This document shows positions 43,887 to 51,081 of a stretch of DNA of 64,000 nt, in pieces. A model generated the notes under the pieces. It did no database searches, was not told where the DNA came from, and worked only from the letters and a program-made list of their open reading frames with translations. Source of the stretch: Klebsiella pneumoniae (lineage in GTDB: Bacteria; Pseudomonadota; Gammaproteobacteria; Burkholderiales; UBA3065); assembly GCA_945897555.1 (NCBI GenBank), contig CAMDGF010000001.1:54866-118865 (forward strand). Reading direction: 5' to 3'. Within the stretch, counting starts at the first letter, position 1. Every line of letters begins with the position of its first letter. The translations under genes and the position numbers were made by a program.

Positions 43887-44981
43887 ATGCACAAATCCGA
43901 TCCGACGCTATTTGAGCCGCTGCGCCTCGGCACCCTGTGCCTGCCCAACCGCATCGTCATGGCTCCGCTCACACGCTGCCGGGCCGCCAAGGGCGGCATC
44001 CCGGGGCCACTCGCCTCGCTTTATTATGCGCAGCGTGCCAGCGCCGGGCTGATCATCTCTGAAGCCACCCAGATCGTCCCCGCGGGCCAGGGCTACCCTG
44101 CCACGCCCGGCATCCACAGTGATGAGCAGGTGGCTGGCTGGCGCACCGTGACTGAAGCCGTGCACGCTGCCGGCGGACGCATCTTCCTGCAGCTATGGCA
44201 TGTCGGCCGCATCTCGCACGAGGATTTCCAGCCGGAAGGTGGCCTGCCGGTCGCTCCCTCGGCGATCGCTGCGGCGGGTCAGGCGATGACACGCTTTGGC
44301 ATGCAGGATCACCCGGTGCCACGTGCGTTGGCGCTCGAGGAACTGCCAGGTGTTGTCGAGTCCTACGGCATCGCCGCTCGGCGGGCGCTCGACGCCGGTT
44401 TCGATGGCGTCGAGATCCACGCGGCCAATGGCTACCTTCTCGACCAGTTCTTGCGTGACCGGACCAATCATCGCAGCGACGCCTACGGCGGCAGCATCGC
44501 CAACCGCATCCGCCTGCTCGACGAGGTGGTCACGACGGTCACCGCGGTCGCCGGCGAGGGTCAGGTGGGCGTGCGCATCTCGCCGGAGAACACCTTCAAC
44601 GACATCGACGACAGCGACCCGCAGGCGCTGTTCCACGCCGTGGCCACGATGCTGCGCGGCCGCGTGGCCTATCTGCACGTGGTCGAGGGCGAAGACCGCA
44701 AAGACACGGAGACGCCGCGCGTCGACTACCGCTCGCTGCGGGCGGCCTTTGGAGGCACCTACATGGCGTGTTGCAAATACACGCCAGAACGCGCCGCCGC
44801 TGCGATCGCTGCCGGCGAGGCCGACCTGGTAGCCTTTGGCAAGGCTTACATCGGCAATCCGGACCTGGTCACCCGCATCCGCTTGGGCATCCCGCTGGTG
44901 CGCAGCGATGCCAAGACCTGGTACGGCGGCGCGGCAAAGGGCTACACCGACTACGCTGCCGCCGCCGGGCTGGACGGCTGA
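43887..44981 (+). CDS. Old Yellow Enzyme family NADH:flavin oxidoreductase (NemA-like alkene reductase)
   Basis: 364 aa. NRIVMAPLTRCRA and HAANGYLLDQFL motifs. Confidence 0.85.
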   Translation: MHKSDPTLFEPLRLGTLCLPNRIVMAPLTRCRAAKGGIPGPLASLYYAQRASAGLIISEATQIVPAGQGYPATPGIHSDEQVAGWRTVTEAVHAAGGRIFLQLWHVGRISHEDFQPEGGLPVAPSAIAAAGQAMTRFGMQDHPVPRALALEELPGVVESYGIAARRALDAGFDGVEIHAANGYLLDQFLRDRTNHRSDAYGGSIANRIRLLDEVVTTVTAVAGEGQVGVRISPENTFNDIDDSDPQALFHAVATMLRGRVAYLHVVEGEDRKDTETPRVDYRSLRAAFGGTYMACCKYTPERAAAAIAAGEADLVAFGKAYIGNPDLVTRIRLGIPLVRSDAKTWYGGAAKGYTDYAAAAGLDG

Positions 44982-44987
44982 ACCGGG

Positions 44988-46133
44988 CTACTCCTCTTCG
45001 GCGACCGGTGCTGGCGCATAGCCGGTCTCCCAGTCTGGTAGACCGACCTTCACCAGCGCCGGATCGGGTCGAGGATGGTTCGATGGGAGCGTGCGAACCT
45101 CGCCACTGGTATCGACACCGCCGCGCCGCCAGAACTCCGGCCAGTCGCTTTTCATGGTCACGCCATAAAGTGGCTTGTAGGTCCCTTTGTGGCAGGTGGC
45201 GCATGCCACCTTTGGGCCATCACCCTCGGCGCTGAGGCGGTAGTCGGGAAACAAGCCCTGCAGCGGCATGAGGTAATTGACGTTGAGGCTGCGCACCATG
45301 CGGATGCCATACCAAGCGGTGATGCGCTGTGGCGAACTCTGTTCCCACCGCGCCAGCGCGCGGGTGTTGTGGCAATAGTCGCAGTTCACCCCGAGCGACT
45401 TGGCCATGTAGATCATCAGCCCGTAGGTGTGCTCGGCCTTCTTCACCGACGTCGGGTTCGACCCGGCCAGCGGTTGCGTACCCTGCACGCGGATACTGCC
45501 CGGATCGGCCGACATGAGAAAGGTGGTGAGCGGATCGTTGGGCAAGGATGAGTTGCCGACCGTCGCCACGCCGGGTTCGTCTTGGCCATCGCGGTTGCCG
45601 AGCATACGCACCTGCTGCACTGGCCGCGAGAACCAATCGCCGCTGGGCACTGCCTGGCCGCGGTGGCAGGTCCAGCAGGTGACGCCCGTCGACCCGACGT
45701 GCTGGGTCCACTCATTGTTGATCGTGCGCGTCATCTGCAGCATTCGCCGTGCCACGACCTTGGTGTATTTCTCATCGGAGGCCATGTTCTTGGTGTTATG
45801 GCAGTAGACACAGCCTTCTTCGGGCGCCACCCAAGTGACGAACGCGGCCATCACTCGTGACAACTCGTTGACGCTGAGGTCCTGGAGAACCTGGATGTTC
45901 TTGTAGCGCTCGGTGATGGTGGGTTGGCCGATGATCGGCGGGTCTGCCGGATCCTCGGGCTCAGGGATGGCGTTGACTGGCCTGAGCGCATCGACCGCAG
46001 CGGGCTTGTACATCTGCACCAACCCGGTGCCGCGAAAGCCACTCTGCACCGGTTGTGTGGATTCGGTGAGCAGGTAGGCGAAGAACAGCACGCCGACAAA
46101 GGCAGCTGCGATTGCGGCAAAGACGCGGACCAT
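44988..46133 (-). CDS. pufC: photosynthetic reaction-centre tetraheme cytochrome c subunit family protein (PufC-like), N-terminal membrane anchor
   Basis: Start at MVRVFAAIAAAFVGVLFF, preceded by AAGGAGGAGA. Four CxxCH motifs (CVYCH, CWTCH, CDYCH, CATCH) with RC-cytochrome-type spacing and the FVTWVAPEEGCVYCHN motif. Confidence 0.85.
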   Translation of the reverse strand: MVRVFAAIAAAFVGVLFFAYLLTESTQPVQSGFRGTGLVQMYKPAAVDALRPVNAIPEPEDPADPPIIGQPTITERYKNIQVLQDLSVNELSRVMAAFVTWVAPEEGCVYCHNTKNMASDEKYTKVVARRMLQMTRTINNEWTQHVGSTGVTCWTCHRGQAVPSGDWFSRPVQQVRMLGNRDGQDEPGVATVGNSSLPNDPLTTFLMSADPGSIRVQGTQPLAGSNPTSVKKAEHTYGLMIYMAKSLGVNCDYCHNTRALARWEQSSPQRITAWYGIRMVRSLNVNYLMPLQGLFPDYRLSAEGDGPKVACATCHKGTYKPLYGVTMKSDWPEFWRRGGVDTSGEVRTLPSNHPRPDPALVKVGLPDWETGYAPAPVAEEE

Positions 46134-46191
46134 CTCTCCTCCTTGCCCGCCCGGATGCACGGCGGATCTGATCGGGCCTGAGTGGCCTCTA

Positions 46192-46235
46192 TGTATAGCT
46201 ATTGTGACGATTTATGCTGTCACGTCAACATGACA
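46192..46235. promoter_or_regulatory. two PpsR/CrtJ-type palindromes 8 bp apart overlapping a candidate promoter of the pufC-like gene
   Basis: 46218-46235 is TGTCACGTCAACATGACA (perfect TGT-N12-ACA) and 46192-46209 is TGTATAGCTATTGTGACG (TGT-N12-ACG). On the minus strand, TTGACG-N17-ACAATA falls inside the two sites. Confidence 0.5.
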
Positions 46236-46243
46236 GTCAGGGC

Positions 46244-46271
46244 AAAAAGAAGGGCCTCATGCCGAGGCCCC
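46244..46271 (-). terminator. rho-independent terminator after the HiPIP gene
   Basis: The minus strand reads GGGGCCTCGGCATGAGGCCC followed by TTCTTTTT. Confidence 0.7.
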
Positions 46272-46298
46272 GGAGAGAGACGGGAATCGATGAGCCGC

Positions 46299-46616
46299 TC
46301 AGGCGTTCTTGACGGCCTTGAAGTTCTTGCACCAGCCGCCGGCCGGGGTGTGACGCTCAAAGAACGAGCATTCGGCGTACTCATCGCCCGCCTTGCCCGC
46401 CCACAACTGGCACTTGCTGCATTGCTGTTCAGCGGTCCAGCGCTTGTACTTGGCCTTGTCGACCTCCTCGGTCTTGAGCTTGAAACCCATCGATTTGGCG
46501 TACGGGTCGGCTTCGGACAGCTTCTCGCTGGCGGCCTGGGCGACCTGCGGCAGCAGGCTCGCAGCAGCCACGCCGGCCACTGCCTTGATCATGAAGGTTC
46601 TGCGGGACTGCTTCAT
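46299..46616 (-). CDS. high-potential iron-sulfur protein (HiPIP), Tat signal
   Basis: 105 aa. Twin-arginine SRRTFM. Four Cys in HiPIP spacing (CSKC...C...GGWC). Confidence 0.9.
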   Translation of the reverse strand: MKQSRRTFMIKAVAGVAAASLLPQVAQAASEKLSEADPYAKSMGFKLKTEEVDKAKYKRWTAEQQCSKCQLWAGKAGDEYAECSFFERHTPAGGWCKNFKAVKNA

Positions 46617-46664
46617 CTGGATACTCCTGACAGGTGATTAGAAAGATCGATGCGGGTGAAGCGC

Positions 46665-47273
46665 TCAGGGCCGCGGCGCGCGCACCAGCGACACACCCTC
46701 GGCACGACGGACCAGTCGCACATGAAGACGCTCGCCAGGCCTGCCGATGCGCACGCCGTCGCCACCGAAACTGAGTGCAAAGGCCGCCAGCTCGGGGCCC
46801 TCCACCAGCCTGCGCGAAGCGCTCCAGTAAAAACCCTCTGCGGTCGCCGGGAACGCATCGAGGTTGATCCGCGGGTCGCGGCAATTCACCTCGCTGATGC
46901 TCGCCAGCTCGCGCAGATTGGGAAGGCGCCAATCGGCATAGAAGAGATCGCCACGGTCGTTGACGTCGCGCACCCAAGCCTCTGCCGCAGCCCAGTCGAG
47001 GTCGGCTGGCAGGCCTCGGCAAACAGAATCACGCCACATCTGTCCGGCTGAACACCTCGCCCAGTGAAGCCCGGTGCGCCGGTCAGTCAGAGTGCCGTCG
47101 CCATGGTCCTCGAAATCGGCCAAAGTCGAACTAGGAATGAACTGTTCGCTGCAGGTTTGCGCTGCAACACCGGCCGGGTGCAAACACCCGGCCAGGCACA
47201 GCCACACAACGCCAAACCAGCTACTTGGTGTCAAAACCGATGCCCGACGGCTTGGACGGGAAGCCCTTGCCAT
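46665..47273 (-). CDS. DUF1566 (Lcl C-terminal domain) lipoprotein
   Basis: Lipobox LAGC after a hydrophobic stretch. DWRLPNLRELASI motif typical of DUF1566. The 5' end overlaps the cytochrome gene by up to 53 nt, so the start is uncertain. Confidence 0.65.
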   Translation of the reverse strand: MARASRPSRRASVLTPSSWFGVVWLCLAGCLHPAGVAAQTCSEQFIPSSTLADFEDHGDGTLTDRRTGLHWARCSAGQMWRDSVCRGLPADLDWAAAEAWVRDVNDRGDLFYADWRLPNLRELASISEVNCRDPRINLDAFPATAEGFYWSASRRLVEGPELAAFALSFGGDGVRIGRPGERLHVRLVRRAEGVSLVRAPRP

Positions 47274-47730
47274 ACTTGACCGGGATCGGTTTGGTCTGCT
47301 GAGCAGCCAAGCCCGGCTGGATCGGCAGGCCTCGATGCAGGTTCATAGCGTAGGCGTACATCGCCGTCATGTCCTTGCTCTCAAGCCCCAAGGCCTTACC
47401 TGCCTGCGGGTTCTGGATGCACCAGTTCACCATCTCGCCCCATTGCACCACCCGGTTCATGTTCTGGATGTACTTCGGGAAGGTCTGCGGGTTGGAAGCG
47501 CCCGCATCGGGATGGCAGTTGCCGCAAGCCAGACCGTTGCTGGTCATGTCAGGGTTGGACCCGTGCCAGAGGTTGTAGCCCAACTCGACCAACTCCAGCA
47601 GCTTGGCGTTCTGCTCGTCCAACTCCGCCTTGCCGAAAGGCTCACGGGCCTGGGCAGCACCGGAGGCCAACGCTGCCATCACGGCAGCGGGAATGGCGAG
47701 GGCAAGTGTTCTTTTGAATGTCGCTCTCAT
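47221..47730 (-). CDS. periplasmic monoheme c-type cytochrome
   Basis: 169 aa. Sec signal ending AAQA, a single CGNCH, then FPKY...VNWCIQNP. Confidence 0.8.
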   Translation of the reverse strand: MRATFKRTLALAIPAAVMAALASGAAQAREPFGKAELDEQNAKLLELVELGYNLWHGSNPDMTSNGLACGNCHPDAGASNPQTFPKYIQNMNRVVQWGEMVNWCIQNPQAGKALGLESKDMTAMYAYAMNLHRGLPIQPGLAAQQTKPIPVKYGKGFPSKPSGIGFDTK

Positions 47731-47747
47731 GTCGGTGTGCTCCGTGA

Positions 47748-48758
47748 TCAGGCCTTGAGGCCCTTCTTGAGGAAGGGGGTCAGAGAGTCGGCGAAGGGCT
47801 GGTACTCGACCAGCTTGCTACCGCCGGCCTTGACGTTCACCGCCAGCGTGCCCATGCCATCGACCTCGTTCCCTGGGTCGGCGCGGTTCATCTGCGAACC
47901 GGGATAGGCCAACTTGACCGGCGGATAAGGCCAAGGCCACGAGGTGCTCATGGCGCCGATCGAGGTCATGTTGCCGATCTTGTTGTAGAGCGTCTGGTGC
48001 ACATGGCCGTGGATCGAGGTGAAGTTCTCGAAGCGCGACAGGATCTCGCGGATCTGCGGACCGTCCACGGTCTGGAAATTCCAGCGCGGGTAGTAGTCCC
48101 ACAGGGGCGAGTGGGTAAAGGTGACGATGGGCGTGTCCGAGGAAAGCTTGGCGACGTCTTTCTTCAGCCAGTCCAGTTGCTCGGCACCCACCCCCCACAA
48201 GCCGCCGATCGGGCCTTCGAGCATCTCCATGGCTTCCATACGCTGGCGCGGGGACATCTGCTTGGCGGTCCAGAAATCCGGCACCAGGATGGAGTTCATG
48301 CCGATAAAGTGCACGCCCTTGTGGTCGAACGACCAGTAATCACGGCCGAACATGCCCTTCCACGCATCGCCCATGTCGACGTACCAGTCGTGTTCACCGG
48401 GGATGACCACCAGCTTGGTGTCGAGAGCAGCCAGCAGCTTCTTGCCCTTGGCGAGCTGATCCTCGGTACCGTTCTGGGCGATGTCGCCACCGTAAAGCAC
48501 GAAGTCTGGCTTGATCGCCATGTTGTTGACCTGCTCGACGGCATCCTCGAGCTGGCGATCGAACTTGTGGTCCTCGCCGCTGTAGAGGTGCGAATCGGTG
48601 ATCATTGCGAAACGGAACGGCGAGACCTTCTTGCCCGGCTGGGCGTGGGCCAGGTCGAATACGCCGAGGTTGATGCCCGCAGCGCTGCCGACGATGGTCG
48701 ACAGCCCGGCCTTGCCGGTGAGCTGCAGGAATTCGCGTCTGTCCTTCTTGTGATCCAT
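47748..48758 (-). CDS. Tat-exported calcineurin-type metallophosphoesterase
   Basis: Start at MDHKKDRREFLQ (twin-arginine motif), preceded by AAGGAGA. Motifs DSH, GGD, GEHD, THSP and HGHVH. Confidence 0.8.
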   Translation of the reverse strand: MDHKKDRREFLQLTGKAGLSTIVGSAAGINLGVFDLAHAQPGKKVSPFRFAMITDSHLYSGEDHKFDRQLEDAVEQVNNMAIKPDFVLYGGDIAQNGTEDQLAKGKKLLAALDTKLVVIPGEHDWYVDMGDAWKGMFGRDYWSFDHKGVHFIGMNSILVPDFWTAKQMSPRQRMEAMEMLEGPIGGLWGVGAEQLDWLKKDVAKLSSDTPIVTFTHSPLWDYYPRWNFQTVDGPQIREILSRFENFTSIHGHVHQTLYNKIGNMTSIGAMSTSWPWPYPPVKLAYPGSQMNRADPGNEVDGMGTLAVNVKAGGSKLVEYQPFADSLTPFLKKGLKA

Positions 48759-48865
48759 AACCTTCTCTCCTTGATTCCTCACGTCGTTCTTTTAAAAAAA
48801 CCATGCCCCGGTGGACGAAAAGGCCTGTTGTTATGGTTTTGAAGGGGGTGTGTACCCTAAGGGTC

Positions 48866-48941
48866 GTTCCGTGGCCTATGGAACATAGGTTAGCAATTTC
48901 ATATTGTCCATAAGAGATTGATTCCAATGCGATTCTGGAAT
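48866..48941. promoter_or_regulatory. two dyad-symmetric elements in the divergent soxY / metallophosphoesterase control region
   Basis: GTTCC-N9-GGAAC at 48866-48884 and ATTCCA-N9-TGGAAT at 48921-48941, inside an AT-richer 297-bp intergenic region. Confidence 0.25.
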
Positions 48942-49055
48942 GCGTCTAGACACAAGGGCCGAGCGACTCCCCGTCAAGCGGGCTCGACGACTGGTCTGGG
49001 AACGGCAACCGCAGGAACTGCCTCCAACCCTGACACGACAAAGGCTTGCCAGACG

Positions 49056-49529
49056 ATGTCTGCCCTCTCTTCTGCCGCAACGAGCGCCTCCCGCCGCCGC
49101 GCGCTGCAAATCCTCGCCACGCTGGCGGGTGCCATCGGTGCCGCTTGGGCATCCGCCGCTCTGGCCGGACTGCCTCGGCGCAGCTTTGAGCCCGAACCGT
49201 TCGACGTGGCTCTGCGCAAGCTGGGCGTCACCGCGGCCGAGCCCTCTTCGGCGATCGAGTTGCTGCTGCCCGACGTCGCTGAGGACGGCGCCGCTGTGCA
49301 GATGAGCCTGAGCACCACGTTGGCGGCCCGCCGCGCCCTTTTGCTGGTGCGGCGTAACCGCATACCCCTGGTGGCTGAATTCGCGTTCCCGCCCGGCGCG
49401 CTGCCATTCGTCGCCACGCGCATCAAGTTGGCCGAAGATTCCGAGGTGCTGGCCTTGGTCGAAGCCGACGGACGTTGGTATTCAGCCAGCCGCCAGGTCA
49501 AAGTGACGCTGGGGGGTTGCGGTGGTTAG
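49056..49529 (+). CDS. soxY: sulfur carrier protein SoxY (Tat signal, C-terminal GGCGG)
   Basis: Start at MSALSSAATSASRRRALQ. PDVAEDGAAV motif. The protein ends ...VKVTLGGCGG. Confidence 0.85.
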   Translation: MSALSSAATSASRRRALQILATLAGAIGAAWASAALAGLPRRSFEPEPFDVALRKLGVTAAEPSSAIELLLPDVAEDGAAVQMSLSTTLAARRALLLVRRNRIPLVAEFAFPPGALPFVATRIKLAEDSEVLALVEADGRWYSASRQVKVTLGGCGG

Positions 49530-49537
49530 GGGGCGAT

Positions 49538-49849
49538 ATGCCTGAAGCGATGCGCATCCGCGCGGTGGAAAAAGACGGGCTGGTGGATGCTCGGGTGCAG
49601 ATCCGTCACGACATGGAGTCGGGCTCGCGCCGAAACGAGTCTGGCGAGGTGGTGCCAGCCTGGTACATCACCGGATTCACGGTGGAGGTGGACGGGCGCG
49701 AGGTGTTCGCCGCGCAACTCGGTCCCGGTGTGTCGCGCAATCCGCTGCTGCACTTTCGCTTCAGGGACGCCCGCAAGGGCCAGATGTTGGTGGCGCGCTG
49801 GCAGGACAGCCGTGGCGAGACGCGCGAAGACCGGGGGGTTATCGATTGA
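49538..49849 (+). CDS. soxZ: SoxZ, partner of SoxY
   Basis: 103 aa starting 8 nt after soxY. IRHDMESGSRRNESGEVVPAWYI matches the SoxZ signature H-x-M-E-(S/T)-G. Confidence 0.85.
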   Translation: MPEAMRIRAVEKDGLVDARVQIRHDMESGSRRNESGEVVPAWYITGFTVEVDGREVFAAQLGPGVSRNPLLHFRFRDARKGQMLVARWQDSRGETREDRGVID

Positions 49850-50591
49850 CCGGCTCGAAGCGCGCGCCGACCACGATGCCAAGCTCGTAAAGGATCCACA
49901 GAGGGATGGCCATCATCAGCTGCGAGATGACATCCGGCGGAGTAAAGATGGCGCCGATGACAAAGGCACCGACGATGACGTAAGGCCGCCACTCGCGCAG
50001 CTTGGCCGGTGTGACGATGCCAGCCGCGATGAGCACCACCACCAGCACCGGCACCTCGAAAGTCACGCCAAAAGCGATGAACAATCCCAGCACGAAGTCG
50101 AAGTAAGCGGCGATGTCGGTCATCACCGCCACGCCCTCGGGCGCAAAGCCGGTGATGAAGCCGAACACCATGGGCAACACGGCGTAATAGGCGAACGCCA
50201 TGCCGACGAAGAACAGCAGCGTACTGGCCACCACCAGTGGCCCCACCCAGCGCTTCTCGTGGGCATACAAGCCTGGCGCCACGAACGCCCAGACCTGGTA
50301 GAGCACCCAGGGCAAGGCGACCAGCAGAGCCGCCAGCCCGGTGACCTTCACCGGCACAAAGAATGGAGTGACCACACCGGTGGCGATCATGCTGGTGCCT
50401 GCCGGCATCTTGGCCAGCAAGGGTTGCGCCAGCCAGGTGTAGAGATCCTGCGCGAAAGGGAACAGGCAAACGAACACCACCAACAGGCCCACCACGCCAC
50501 GCAGCAGTCGGCTGCGCAACTCGATGAGGTGCTCCACCAGCGACATCTCCTGCGGGACGGCATCCGCCCCCGATGGCAGCGGATCGGTCAT
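49839..50591 (-). CDS. tatC: twin-arginine translocase subunit TatC
   Basis: 250-aa, six-TM protein (SLVEHLIELRSRLL). The 3' end overlaps the soxZ 3' end by 11 nt. Confidence 0.9.
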   Translation of the reverse strand: MTDPLPSGADAVPQEMSLVEHLIELRSRLLRGVVGLLVVFVCLFPFAQDLYTWLAQPLLAKMPAGTSMIATGVVTPFFVPVKVTGLAALLVALPWVLYQVWAFVAPGLYAHEKRWVGPLVVASTLLFFVGMAFAYYAVLPMVFGFITGFAPEGVAVMTDIAAYFDFVLGLFIAFGVTFEVPVLVVVLIAAGIVTPAKLREWRPYVIVGAFVIGAIFTPPDVISQLMMAIPLWILYELGIVVGARFEPVNR

Positions 50592-51067
50592 GTCGAGGTC
50601 GTCACGGTGCGCTTGCGGCCGCGCGGGGCGCCCGTCTTGGAGGACGCAGTGGCCGCCTCGGGGGCCGCGCCGGCGTCCGGTGTCGCCAGCGGAGCAGCCT
50701 CCTTGCGCGGTGCGCGCCGTTTGGGTTTGACCGGCGCATCGACCGGGGCCGGTGGAACAGAGGCTCCGGGCAAGGGCAAGGCGACGTCATCGAGTGTCGA
50801 GCGGACAGCGTCCTCGGCGGACGCGACGATGCTATCGGCCTCACCCGACACCTCGCGCGCCCGCGCCTCGATCTCGTCGCGCAAACGCCGCAACTCGGAC
50901 AGCTCGACCTCGCGGTCGATCTCGTCGCGCACGTGGTCGATAAAGCGCCGCGCCCGGCCGACCCAACGGCCGACGTCGCGCGCCAGTTTGGGCAGACGTT
51001 CAGGGCCGAGCACCAACAGCGCAGCCACGCCGATGACGAGCAGCTCGCTGAAGCCGATGTCGAACAT
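50588..51067 (-). CDS. tatB: twin-arginine translocase subunit TatB
   Basis: MFDIGFSELLVIGVAALLVLGPERLP. ATGA overlap with tatC. Confidence 0.9.
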   Translation of the reverse strand: MFDIGFSELLVIGVAALLVLGPERLPKLARDVGRWVGRARRFIDHVRDEIDREVELSELRRLRDEIEARAREVSGEADSIVASAEDAVRSTLDDVALPLPGASVPPAPVDAPVKPKRRAPRKEAAPLATPDAGAAPEAATASSKTGAPRGRKRTVTTST

Positions 51068-51081
51068 GCCGCGGCGCGCGG

